From Octopus sinensis (lineage: Eukaryota), in contig NC_043004.1 in NCBI RefSeq assembly GCF_006345805.1, forward strand, positions 23,684,001 through 23,748,000: a stretch of DNA of 64,000 nt. The letters are read 5' to 3'. The position numbers and the translations under genes are program-made. The notes below the pieces were generated by a model. That model saw only the letters and a list, made by a program, of their open reading frames with translations. It searched no databases and had not been told where the DNA came from. Of this stretch, positions 48,750 through 61,668 are shown piece after piece (the first letter of the stretch is position 1; the number at the start of each line of letters is the position of its first letter).

Positions 48750-50634
48750 CGGTGTTCTTCTTGCACCGATAAACTATTTACTCAAAAATATTTTTATAAG
48801 TCATAAGATCCAGCCAATTTTCTGTAATTCTGATTTTTTTTGACGCCTTCCTTTTAAAAATCTTTTATATAAATTTTGTTTTTCATAATTTTCAATATTT
48901 TACTATAACTCAAAAATATTTAAAATGTTCTTCTATTTGCCGCTTATTCTTGCAACGCTACACCTTCTAGTGGATTCAAAGTTTGAATTTTTTTTTTTTT
49001 TGCAAGAAGGAAAAATTCTGTAATAATTGTATTGAAAGAGTATCTCCTAGAATAATTCGAATTTAATACTTCAAGTTAGGCAAGAAATTTCTTTATAGTA
49101 ATATACACCCCATCACAACCCCTGTTTGTAGTCCAAGCAGGAATTTTGTACATAGTGGTATGACCTACGACAAATAACAACTAAACCACCTTGAAAAAAG
49201 GAAGGACACATTGTGCATCTTGCACTATGTTATAGAATGTTTGAAAAAATCAGTGATCATGGTTTTAATGATTTTTATCATAAACGTTACCAATCAGGAC
49301 TAACCTGAGGCTAAATAACAACTGTACGATCAAGAGAGTATATTATCTTCGACATATGAAGTGACAACCCGTTGCTCAAACAGTTGCTTTTCTAGTAATT
49401 CCTGCAATTTATTCCAGCTGTTTTATTTCATAATTAATATCTTCGCAAAACAATGTCTCGGAAAACGCATTACTATTTTATCGAACATTTTCCTAAACAA
49501 ATATTTAAAAGAAAAATATAATTATATTCAATTTTATCGAACTACATTAATTTTTACAGCTTAAAATAATAACTATTATTTGCTATAATACTATAATCAG
49601 TTCTGTTTTCAAAACCTGCCAAAATAAATTTGAAGTGATTATCTGTAGAATTTTCCAATTAAACAGACATGACAGTGCAGGATTGTTGACAACAATTCCA
49701 CTTGTTTCTTTTCCTCATCATCTACACTAGTTGAAAATCAATAAAAATTCAATAATCTCTTTATCTGTGACTAACATCAAACATGGTTCCATGATGACAG
49801 TTTATGCCAAAAGTGTTAAGTCTCTTCATTATATTTTATTTCAACATAACAGCCATCATAGTTTGTTATTTACTTGTGATATTTTTCATTTTTGACAAAC
49901 GTACGATTCCTGCGAACATAAGAAGCAATTAGTAATGACATTCGTCAGTACATTTTGTTTGTTTATTTTTGCATGGTCGATCTGACAGATGATTGTTGTC
50001 GGAATATTATTCTGAAACCATAACACATGAAACTCGTAATTATTGTTTATTTTTTAAATATGCTCTGTAAAATAATCAGCCTATTGTTACCAAGTCTTTC
50101 ATGAAAAAAAAAGTACATTCTCATTCTGCAATGTGTCAGTAAACATGTAATAGTACGATGTACGACGACGGCGAGCTGGCAGAATCGTTAGAACACCAGA
50201 CAAAATGCTTAGCGGCATTTCATCCGTTTTGAAATCCATGTCACACCTACTTTGACAGTCATCTTTCCGGAGTCGATAAAATAAGTACCTGTTGAGCAAT
50301 GGGGTTTATGTAAACGACTTGCCCTCGCCCCGGACATGCAGGCCGTGTGCTAAAATTTGACACCAATATTACGATGTACGAAGGAAGCGTGCTGGCAGAA
50401 TCGTTAGCATGTCGGGTAAAATGCTTAGCGGCATTTCTTCCTGGCGTTGTTCCAAAATTTGAAATCAATAATATAACGTACTTGAAATTATTAAAGCTAA
50501 TAAATTTTACCCTCAGAATATTATCTGATTTTATTGTTTCAAGAATTTTGCACAGCTTCTCAAAATCTAATGTAGAAATATGAGGTTTGCTTACTGCAGT
50601 GGATCTCAACGTTTTGTTTTTTTATCTATGGACC

Positions 50635-50653
50635 TCATATATATATATTCATA

Positions 50654-50693
<40 letters not shown>

Positions 50694-50695
50694 TA

Positions 50696-50751
<56 letters not shown>

Positions 50752-50773
50752 GCATATATAGGTACACATACAT

Positions 50774-50814
<41 letters not shown>

Positions 50815-51056
50815 TATATAGGTACACATACATACATACATGTATATATATATATATACATACATATATATGCATATATAGGTACACATACATACATACA
50901 TGTATATATATATATATATACATACATATATATGCATATATAGGTACACATACATACATACATGTATATATATATATATTATATATATATATATACATGC
51001 ATATATATGCATATATAGGTACACATACATACATATGCATATATAGGTACACATAC

Positions 51057-51100
<44 letters not shown>
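50635..51100. repeat. (TA)-derived ~60-bp minisatellite
   Basis: The unit ATATGCATATATAGGTACACATACATACATACATGT(AT)n is repeated about 6 times between 50745 and 51065. Confidence 0.9.
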
Positions 51101-51105
<5 letters not shown>

Positions 51106-51139
51106 TGATGATTGCAATTTTATACATGACATTTCACTG

Positions 51140-51600
51140 CATGACACTGTATCGTCCAGACTATCAATTGGTGTTATACATCAGAAGGTACCATCGTGTT
51201 TACAACAAAGATCTGCAAGCGCGCTCGCATCAGCCCGCAGACTCCCTTCCCACCATAGCTACCAGTCGCATGCGTTGGACCGGACATATCCTCCGTCTCG
51301 CGCTAGATAATTCTATCAGGGATTTACTCTTTCTCTCTCATTTGAAGCATGACGTGGACATGATTGGGGAAGATATCCAGAGGGACAAGACTGGTGGACT
51401 TGTTCGGCTCTACGCATGACGTCTTTGAGACCACTAATCTGGGATTATCCCAACATCAAGTATGAGCATGAAGCGAAGTGAGCGAAGTCACTTGCGCTTC
51501 CTCGCATTGTTGTAGCTTTCAAATAATGCCACTTGCTAGGCGGTCGGGCCTACACTCGCCCTAAAGGGAATACCGGTCCTTCGCAGGTTACTCATTTACA
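51140..51600 (+). mobile_element. Decayed RTE-like LINE 3' fragment
   Basis: [27 protein letters not shown] resembles the RTE C-terminal RRLRW.GH..R motif. Confidence 0.5.
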
Positions 51601-51879
51601 GCTGAGCGGAATCAAAAAATAAGAGGGAAAATAATATTTATTGTTTTGAAATTCTGTGAGAAAACAGATCCGGTTGAATTTTAATTCAACCTTCTATAGA
51701 AAGCTATGAATGCAAGTCGTTATCTGTGAATTAAAAAAAAATTCTCCGAAGTAACAATTCGTTTTCTCAAATTACCCAGTGAATGATAAAAATGCTAGTT
51801 TGGTGGAGGATTATCTGCATATTGGATCGTGAACCTACGAATCCTATAATTGAACTAAATGGACAAGTCGATACGTACT

Positions 51880-52285
51880 TTCTTTTATTCTTTTACTTGT
51901 TTCAGTCGTTAGACTGTGGTCATGCTGGAGCACTGCCTTGTAGATATTTTAGTTGAACAATCGATATCGGTGCATGTTGTCTATGCCTGGTACTTGTTTT
52001 ATCGGTCTCTTTTGCCGAATCGCTAAGCTATAGGGACATAACAAACCAACACCAGTTGTCAAGTAGTAGTAGGACACACGCACAGACACAAAAACATTCC
52101 CCCCGATATATATATATATATACGACGGGCTTCTTTCCTTTTCTGTTAATCAAATCCACTCGCAAGGCTTTGGTTGGCATGAAGCTATAGCAGAAGAGAC
52201 TCTCTGAAGGTGCCACGCAGTGGGACTGTTACTCGGCACCACGTGGTTAGGAAACAAGCTTCGTAACAGAGCTACGCCTACGCCT
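51880..52285 (-). mobile_element. SINE family A
   Basis: TTTACTTGTTTCAGTCGTTAGACTGTGG...GGTGCCACGCAGTGGGAC...; head-to-head with the copy at 52570-52885. Confidence 0.85.
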
Positions 52286-52569
52286 AAATATATAAATATT
52301 AAAAAAATAATTCGATCAGTTTTTGTCCTTGATATAGCTTTTTGAAAGAACCTTATTTGAGAAACAACAATTATTGAGAAAAGTATCGTGTCTTATATAG
52401 AAAAAATACTACATTTGGGAGGGGAGTGTTAAAGTGTATTATATGTTTTAACCGAGAACGTGAAGAGATTTAACTTAATATGATGAGCCACTTTGCCCGT
52501 CATTCTTCAATTTCATCCAACCCACCGCTCCCAGCATTAGGTGCAGCTTCTTAATCCCATGGCACCGGG

Positions 52570-52885
52570 TACAGTGTCACTGTGTGTCGCCCCTTCTACT
52601 ATAGCCTTGGGTCGGCCAAAGCCTTGTGAGTACATTAGGTAAATGGAGACTGAAAGTAACCGTCGTGTGTGTATGTGTGTGTGTATTTACGTTTGTGTTC
52701 GTCCCCTACCACTACTGGACAGCCGGTGTTAGTGTGTTTATGTCCTAGTTATTTAGCGGTTCGGCGAAAGAGACCGATAGAACAAGTACTAGACTTTAAA
52801 AAAAGTCCTGGTTTCGATTTTTTCGACTAAACACTCTTCAAGGCGGTGCTCCAACATGGCCACAGCCAGACGACTAACACAAGTA
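52570..52885 (+). mobile_element. SINE family A
   Basis: CTTCTACTATAGCCTTGGGTCGGCCAAAGCCTTGTGAG...GGCGGTGCTCCAACATGGCCACAG...ACAAGTAAAAGA. Confidence 0.85.
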
Positions 52886-53719
52886 AAAGATAAGAGATAA
52901 CTAACTCGAGACGTTCTTTCCTTTGAATCTAAAATAAAGAAATTCTCACACATGTTATTTCTACGGTAGCCCGTAATTTCTAAAACTGATAAGTGATAGT
53001 AGGCCTCGCTAGACATTTAGTAATTATACTCTCTTATATTTTGTATTCACTTTTATGAACTCGTTTGTTATAAACCACATGTCGATAATATTGCTACAGT
53101 TTAACAAATTCCTTTAAAAGTGGCATCATTTCCATCTGCAGTAGTATTTTCTGGGGAAATTAATTCTACATATATATAATATAAGAGAAATATGTCTTCG
53201 TTGGTGATAAGAGACTATTAAGGAACAAAATCTAGTAAGAGCGCATACGGTATTATAAATATATTTATATATTACATTAGAACAGTAATTGATGAAGAAC
53301 AGAAGGCATTATTGAAGAACTGTTTGAAGAGTTTTTACTGGAATACGGAATACTACATAGGTCAATGACCAATGAGTATAGAATAAAAGGAAAGAAATTT
53401 GAGCAGAACTTTCTTCTCAATGTATAGGAGAATAATTTTGATTGAAGTTCATACCTAATACCGAATATAAAACCATGCTCATGTAGCTGCATTTAATGAG
53501 GAGGCTTAATGAAATCAACCGGTGCTTAGAAAACAGAACTACAACTATTTCTTGGAGATTTATTAATAGAGATATTAGGCACTCGGTGTTAATAGTATTA
53601 TTACTATTACTCAACTTTACGTTCTGAGTTCAAATTCCGCCGAAATCAACTTTACTTTTCATTTTCTCGGGGTCATTAAAATAAAGTACCAGTGTCTGCC
53701 TGTTCTTTTTTGCAGTCTG

Positions 53720-54250
53720 TTTGATCCGATTTGCTTATTTGGTGACATTGGTTTCAGGTTCTTCATCTAATTCAGGGTTAATACCGAGTTCCTTTGCGAA
53801 TTTGCAAGCTTCCATGATAATGGCATGTGACTTTTTGCTGCTTTCGCGTTTGCACACAAGTCACAGCATTCAGTCTTCTGTACTAGATAAAAACTTGTTC
53901 ATTGCTATTGTGGTGGTCTTATAGCACAGCTCTACCTGCATCATTCCTCTTCCTCCATTATCTTTAGGTAGGTACAGACGATTAACATCTGCTTTTGGGT
54001 GGTGCATGTTCTTAGATGTTAGTAGTTTTCTGGTCTTCTTGTCCAGGCGTTGGAGTTCTGTAAGATTCCAGTTAATGATGTTAAACCTGTATTGGACTAC
54101 TGGAAGTGCCAGGGTGTTAATGACTTCGATTCAATTTTTGGAGTTGAGTTCAGTTTTTAATATGAATTTTACTCTCCTGTAATGCTCCTTATTTTTTCGT
54201 TCATAGTTGCATGTTGTACACCATCTTCGTTTATTCCCAGATATTTATAT
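53720..54250 (-). mobile_element. Decayed internal fragment of a Dong-like RT
   Basis: YKYLGINED..., TELNSKN*IEVINTLALPVVQYRFNIINWNLTELQRLDKKTRKLLTSKNMHHPKADVNRLYLPKDNGGRGMMQVE is homologous to the 742-aa ORF. Confidence 0.85.
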
Positions 54251-56939
54251 TTTTCATAGCTTTCTTCTTCTTCTTCTTATTATTATTATTATCATTATTA
54301 TTGATATCTCAGACCGATTTTGATAATGAATTTAATAGCTTGGATACCTGTCTAGAATTCCATTCTTCACGATCTTTATCCCCTCCCCCCCCAAAAAAAA
54401 CAAAAGACAAAAAACTGAATGCTTTCTCTGCTCAGTCACTGTAATTGAATTACTGTACTCATTAATTTACAAAGAATTTTACATCCTTATGAAAAATATT
54501 TACAGCGAATTCACTGGGACAATTGTTAGTTAGATCTCATGGTTAAAGTTTCATTACTCTTATTAGGATACGAATAATCTAATTCTTGTCTTCTGAGTTG
54601 GTACTCCACTGATTAGCCAAGCTGCCGTTCCCACCAAATAAACTTAATATTTGGTATTTATGAATTATTCATAAGAGATTGAGGGACGTGTTTTAAAAAT
54701 GAAAGAACATATGACGCGTAAGATACATTGTATAGCAAATGTGTGAGCAAACCTAGTATTAGGTTTCGATTATACAGAGGGACGAATAATTACGGTGACA
54801 CCATAATATGAAAGACGTTAATTGCAGGGTTTTGGAATGAACGCGATTTTACAAGAAAGAATATCAAGTTCATGTCAGCAATGAAGTTATATAGGCTACT
54901 AAATTAAGGTTACTGTGACCCAAATAAACAGCGTGATTACATAGAAACCACTCCTATGCAGTCACTCGTGTGTTGATTGAAATAGTAGTACTAAAGTACA
55001 AAGATAGTTGATCAATGTAAATTGTTGTTCACCCTCAAATGTAAACATGTGCCAATATTAGACCGATGTCATCAAAGAAATAAGAAATAGGTTACAACTT
55101 TTTGATATTTAAGTTGATGGAATATAAAAATGAAATGCAGCAGAAACCATAGAGATATCTAAATTGTATAACTTCGAGAAACCTTCCGAGGAATATCAAC
55201 GAAATAAAATTTTCGAATCAAAATGGGAACCACGATCTGGTAAAAGTAATGGGTAAATCTTCTTAGAATCACTTTTTACCGCCTTCAATAAATCTTAGAT
55301 TATATAATATAGCTCTGCACACTGATAAAAAGATAGGATAGTCACGGTTAGTTTGCTTTTGATAATTTGATTTAATCTTGATTATTGGACCCAAACACCA
55401 ACGATATAGCGAAACAGGCTTTTTATATAAGTTAACAGTTTCAAGATATTTTTTAACTCTTTCACGACATTTCTCAAGTTTTATTTTAATTATATTTCAT
55501 ATCATGAATTTTGTGAACAATTGCGTCGTGGGTTTTGGTTTGTCGCCGGGCTAGTCAACATTTCATTGCAGTTACAGCGCCGAGTGTGATGAGGGCGTAA
55601 CTGTGCGATAGGAACGAAATAATAACCGCAAGCTATTTTTCATCGAGCGAACTAGTTCATCGATTTTTATCAAATTGCGATGATTGTAGAAGACACTCGC
55701 CTGAAATGCCACGCGATGTGGGATCGAACCCGCAGCCATGTGGTTGCAAAATAAATTTAACCACGCATACTCTTCTTATTTCTTAAGAAATCTGGATGTA
55801 ATGGCAATAACAGTTACATATTGGCATAAAATTATATGTTCAAGAACATTTGTAATGAATGTCTTATCCGTAGGAAAAAACTTTGCTATAACCTGAATGC
55901 CTTGCAGCCAACTAATAATGTATAGATTGCATATATTGAACACCTAATTTTTGTTTCCATATAAAGAAGACAAAGGTGATTAATTTTCATGCAGTGAAGG
56001 CTGTTTAACAAATTAGAGTGTAATCTGAAAACATTTTATGTAGGCAGAGGTTTTCCTCAAGACACAATTGTATATAAGAATTTTACAAAACACAAGGGAA
56101 TCCTCAGCCAAATGTACGCTCCGTTTAAAAAAGTAATTCCCCAAAGGATACAAGCGATACTTCTATAAAATGCCAATAATGCATATTGGAATATTAAAAT
56201 TAATTTAGTTACGTTGTCTTAAGTTGTATATCCTAACTTGAAGCAAGTTGTAAAGTTGAAGGAGAATATTTGGAAAGGTTGTAACCATGGTTGGTAGACA
56301 GTATTTTAAATACCATCTTGGAGAGGAAAATTTGGATGGCACAATCATTTCTACTAACGGCCTGTCATTTAGCGGGAAGGGGTTAGTCAATTTCCCCGAC
56401 TCTTGCGTTCAACTAGTATTTATTTTATCGAGCCAGAATGGATGAAAAGCAAAGCCCACCTCGATGGAGCTTAACGAAGAAGAAGTACCGCTAAGTGTTT
56501 TATCAGGTGTGCTAACAATTCTACCAGGTTACCACTTATTTCGAAATCAGCTGGTATTTGTATCCTCGACCCCGAAAGGTTGAAAGGCAAAGTCGACCTT
56601 GGCACAATTTGAACTCCAAACGTGAAGACGGACAAAATACTTCAATGTAGTAGCTCTAACGATATACACGAAAACGTCGGAGGGAGGAATTAATTTTCAT
56701 ATCTGCCTTTTCACGTTTGAAGATAAATCAAGCCCTGAATAGATTTTGTAACTTCAAGCACTAAACCTCTAAGAAAAGCATGAATACATACTATTAAAAA
56801 GAAATATGATATTGAATTTAAAATATCTATATCTACATCTTTAGTGAAACAATGTGTCGGTATGTTAAAAAAGTTAATATACACAGGTATACAGGCAGGT
56901 ATATTATATATGTCTCGGAAACCAACTGATGAGAAAACC

Positions 56940-58150
56940 AGCTACGAATGTTCCTTGTATAGTGTTTTTGTCTCCCTTTTCTGTCCGTTATGTTTTCGCC
57001 CAGTTTCGTGTACTTCTCCCTTTGCTGCCTAACCTTTGAAATACTCAGGGCAGAGCAACGCACCCGGCTTGTTTACTTAAATAATATTACCTTAATATTT
57101 GTAGTGTAACTCGTAGGTTTTTCTTCTTCTCTCTCTGTTTTCTTTTCTCTCCCTTCCTTAACTGTCTACTTTGACCCAATTCTTCTCTTTCCCCCTCTCT
57201 TACTCTTCTGCCTCTCTCTTCCCCTCACTCCTTCATTTATTTCCTCCACCACTCTTCCTCGTGACTGGTGTCGTTCTTTTTCGGACTGCTGACGAAACTT
57301 GTTCTATCTGTCAAGGACTTTTTTTTATTTCTTTGCGCTACCTCACTATGTTTTGATAGCCGAAAAGGCTTTTTCGGTTTTTAATGTATTGTTGTAGTAC
57401 GGTATGCGTATAATTATTCCTTTCGATCATTGTACAGTCGTAAGGCATTTTCTATTGCATATGTACCATTCCTCGTCTGTTATATCTTGTCATTTCTTAT
57501 TGTGCACACAATATTCTTTTCTTTTCTACTCTAGACACAAGGCCCGAAATTTTGGGAGAGGGGTCCAGTCGATTAGATGAACTCCAGTACGCAATTAATA
57601 CTTAATTTATCGACCCCGAAAGGATGAAAGGCAAAGTCGACCTCGGCGGAATTTGAAATCAGAATGTAAAGACAGACAAAATACTGGTAAGCATTTCGCC
57701 TGGCGTGCTAACGTTTCTGCCAGCTCGCCGCTTCATTGAATACACAATATTATTTTGTCCTATCCTCGCACACATTCGTCAGCTCTTTCCTGTATCTCCA
57801 TGCTCCGGTGCACCCGTTGATAACTGGTTTTGGTTTTAAATGGAAACCAAGTAAGGCAATCAGCCGCAAATGTCCCTTGTATTGTGTTTTTGTTCCCCTT
57901 TAGTATCCGTTATGTTTTTTGTCAGTTTCGTCTATTTTTTGCTTCTCTGTCCAACTTTTAATATATATATATATATATATTTTTTTTTTTCTCTCTCCTT
58001 TTTTTCTCTCCTTGTTTTTTCTGTGTACCTTTCTGTAGAAGAGCGTAGGCTTGAAACGCAAAAGACTTTTTCTATTCCTGAGCGCTATACTAATACATCT
58101 GTTTGTTTTGTACACCACCTGTCTTCGTCTTTTGTTTTTTTTCGTAAACT
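56940..58150 (+). mobile_element. Partial-tandem Penelope pLTR-like repeats, interrupted by a family B SINE (57524-57733)
   Basis: 56945-57010 and 57860-57930 are diverged direct copies (CAGC..AATGT.CCTTGTAT.GTGTTTTTGT.CCC...TCCGTTATGTTTT). The second copy ends in the same tail as 18240-18336. Confidence 0.55.
58029..58064 (+). ncRNA. Minimal type I hammerhead-like motif (CUGUAGA core; cleavage triplet mutated to GCA)
   Basis: CTTT-CTGTAGA-A-GAGC-GTAG-GCTT-GAAAC-GCA-AAAG: stem I CUUU/AAAG, stem II GAGC/GCUU. Confidence 0.55.
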
Positions 58151-58439
58151 TTCCCTATATATATATATATGTATGTATGTATGCATGAATGTATGTGCAG
58201 ATGTGTATGTATTATATTATTATTAATAATAATAATAATAATATATATATATATAACAATATAAGCGATTCTGAACAGAATCAAGTACTTAAATGGTATG
58301 CACCAGGCTGGATTGACTTAACCTGCAAGCACCACATTTAGTCGGATTAATGTACTAGGTGCTGAAATTAACTGACGTTTATGCATCGCCTGTTATTTCA
58401 TCATTGCTATATATGCAAACATAAGTGTGTGTGTGCAGA

Positions 58440-58475
<36 letters not shown>

Positions 58476-58940
58476 GATAGATATGACGTTTCGAAAATCC
58501 TTCCTCCCATAAAAATTTTTGTCATATATTCTCCACTGATGTAGCTTTGCAAGACGACTACGTAAAACATATTGGTTCAAACTAGAAGGAAAACATCTCA
58601 AATATCCACTTGCACATCTTTTCAGACTTCAAGAAAACAATTTCAACTCAAGATTTTTGCTTCAACTAACTCACACATATATATATATAAAAGGTATGAA
58701 TTTTCTATAACAGATGAAATGCATTCATGATGATTCCATGAATGGGACGAAAGCACTAATTAAAGTTTTTATTCAAGACCTGACTAGAGTTCTTTTTCTT
58801 AATATATAAGATATGTACACCATTACAAACAATCTGTAAATTCATATATACCTGCATGCATCCATGCGTGAATACATACATACATACATACATACATACA
58901 TACATACACATATACACACACATACATTCATACATACATA

Positions 58941-59525
58941 CCTGATATAATGATTTGGCATAGAGAAAAGAAACTGGCAACAGTTCTGAAAATTAGCTGC
59001 CCAGCTGATGTTAACATAAAGCTGAAGATCAGTGAAAAAGAGAACACCTATGCTGAACTATTGAGAAATCTGCAGTTACTCTATTCAGATTACAAGTTCC
59101 GGTTTATGCCTGTAATTATTGGGGCCCTGGGATATGTAACACACTGCCTAAATAGCAATCTTGAGACATTAGGCTTCTCAAAACCAGAAAGAAGAAAGCT
59201 AATTCGAAGACTACAGATCCAATCCATTACTGGAACAGTAAAAATCTGTAAAACTTTATCATTTAAATATATATGAGCATGTCTAGATATGCAACTATAT
59301 ACATAAGAATACGTACATAAAACACACAAATCTGCACATACATGCATACATACATACATACATACATACATACATACATACATACATACATGCATACATA
59401 TATGCAAACAAACAAAAATACCATGTTGTTGATGTTGAAATTCCCATGAAGGAGCCTTGGATCTAGGTTAGAAACCGGTTCTTTCTTTATTAGCAAGAGA
59501 TATTGAAATAAACTGAATAATGGCA
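58941..59525 (+). mobile_element. 5'-truncated REL-type retrotransposon 3' end, same family as 34351-35343
   Basis: PDIMIWHREKKLATVLKISCPADVNIKLKISEKENTYAELLRNLQLLY...GTVKICKT. The 5' junction lies in (CATA)n and the 3' end ...TGAATAATGGCAT runs into ACACACACATAC. Confidence 0.9.
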
Positions 59526-60384
59526 TACACACACACATACACACAAATATATATATATATATATAAACACGCTCGGACACAAGTAAATATGGCTTGAGCA
59601 GTCTGGACTGAAATAAAAAAAAAAGCAATCAAAGTCGAAAGCATGACAGCTGAAAGAGCAGGAATACTATTTTATGTTTCTAAACATTTATTGGCGTCGT
59701 TTAACAAGACAACAAATAATGTCTATTCTAATTTGGCAGGAAACAATATACCCATGAGTTAAAATGATTTTATATAAACCAGAATAAATATACAAAGTAG
59801 CTATCAGTAACTGTAATTAGACAAATGGCGCAGCTGATGACAATTTTGGAGGCGGAGTTACTGGGTGACACATGCAAAACTGTCTTAATTAATTGAAAAT
59901 TGCCTACAAGTTGGAGAAAGGAAATAAAGACCTAGTGACTTAATTCGTCACCTGACTAAGCATCACCAGCCGACACCTTGTTGTTTAGCAAATTTCCCTC
60001 TGTTGCACGAAAGCAAACTAGAAATCTGGATTTCCAGGATATCATCCATATTCTCTCCTATTATACTTAGAGGCCTTGCAAGGGGTCATGAACATTGCAT
60101 TCCATGACTAATAAAAAAGATTTTTTGAAAATGTTAGCAATGGGTAAAAAAAAAAAAAATACGGGAGATAATTTCAAAACATTACATGCATTCACAACCA
60201 AGGTGGGGAAAATGAACATGATTCGATCTATTAGACCTTTCCAATTTAATTTACTGAAGCGCGTATGATATTTAAGGGTTGTGTTCAAGTTTTGTCCATT
60301 AAAATTGATACAAATGAAAAGAGAGGAGAAATTCAAATGAGTCAATGAATTTGGGCCGATCATGACGTGATATACTGAATAGCA

Positions 60385-60605
60385 AGGCGGCGAGCTGGCA
60401 GAAACTTTAGCACGCCGGGCAAAATGCGTAGCCGTATTTCGTCTACCGTTACGTTCTGAGTTCAAATCCCACCAAGGTCGACTTTACCTTTCATCATTTC
60501 GGGGTCGATTGAATAAGTACCAATTACGCACTGGGGTCGATATAACCTTTGTTTGTCATTGTTTGTCATCTCTGTGTTTAGCCCCTTGTGGGTAGTAAAG
60601 AAATA
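60385..60605 (+). mobile_element. Full-length family B SINE with a 16-bp TSD
   Basis: TSD GATATACTGAATAGCA at 60369-60384 and 60606-60621. Box A TGGCAGAAAC and box B GAGTTCAAATCC are present. Confidence 0.9.
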
Positions 60606-61300
60606 GATATACTGAATAGCATATTTCTTGTTAAGTTAAACAAAGAAATTTAATGAAACACTTAAAACACACAGAACCCTGGCTGCTTTTAGGTGTGTGA
60701 TGTAGTAAAGTAATGTAGTAATATTTAGCCAATAACCTGGTGCTAGAGATCAATATACAATACATATGCTTCAAGGAAAAGCATTAGTCGAGTACAGAGC
60801 GTAATTTGGAATAATATATCTGAGAAAAGAACAAGAAATTATGCAATAAACTTCATTATCTTACAGCGGTTTCAGCTTTAAGATGCAATGCACTCAAAGT
60901 CACGTTTTTTTTGTATCACCTTAAAGCTGAGTCGGAGTTTCAAAAATGACCTGCGATTTTATTTGAGAAAGCATTTATATAAATGGAAAACATCGAGTTA
61001 CGAGGGAAAAATATATTCCCAGAAATATGTAGATTTTGATAATATTGTGTATATATGTGTATACTGAAAGGTATACAATGGACCTCTATAGAAATAACTA
61101 TTTATACGCATACATAAAATATAGGCAGAATATATATGGTAATATATAGATTGTACATATGAGTGACGAAAAAATAACCCAGACAAAGGAAGGGAAATAG
61201 AAGCAGGCAGAAAACGGCACAAGCAAAAATGGGGGTGGTGGTGGAGAATGTTGGACTGCCTAGGTGGGAAGGTAAACATCCCCACTAAACGGAAGTCATG

Positions 61301-61668
61301 TGTGTAGAAATGTTCTTGGCGGGAAACTATGTGCGTACGCCCGTGTGTGTATATGTATGTGTGCAGGAGAGAGAGAGAAAGTGATAAGGTGGGAGTGCGA
61401 GAGAGGGGTCACATGTCCGTCGCAGGGTTACCAATTTACATCTAAGTAAACTGGATTTACATAACGTGAAGTGTTTTGCAGAGGAACAAAACGCACCATC
61501 ACTCTGGGAATTGAAGCCACAATCTTGCAGTCGTAAGTACAGTACTCTTAGGCCATGTGACCCCTCTCTCACACTCCCTCTCTATCTCTTTCTCTCTCTC
61601 TCCTGCACACATACATACACACACACGGGCGTACGCAAATAGTTTCCCGCCAAGAACATTCCTACACA
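61301..61668. repeat. Inverted duplication, 115-bp arms, 138-bp spacer containing a truncated SINE head
   Basis: 61301-61415 vs reverse complement of 61554-61668, about 8 differences. The spacer carries a minus-strand family C-type head (TGGCCTAAGAG...GGCTTCAATTCCCAGAG...CAAAACACTTCAC). Confidence 0.9.

Noticed and set aside
55569-55603. Small hairpin CAGTTAC...GTAACTG enclosing TGATGA
   Set aside because: A 7-bp stem is compatible with chance or a decayed repeat, and no partner D box or family features were seen.
56927-56955. CTGATGAGAAAACCAGCTACGAAT hammerhead-like start
   Set aside because: GAAA is replaced by GAAT and no stems were found; too decayed to call.
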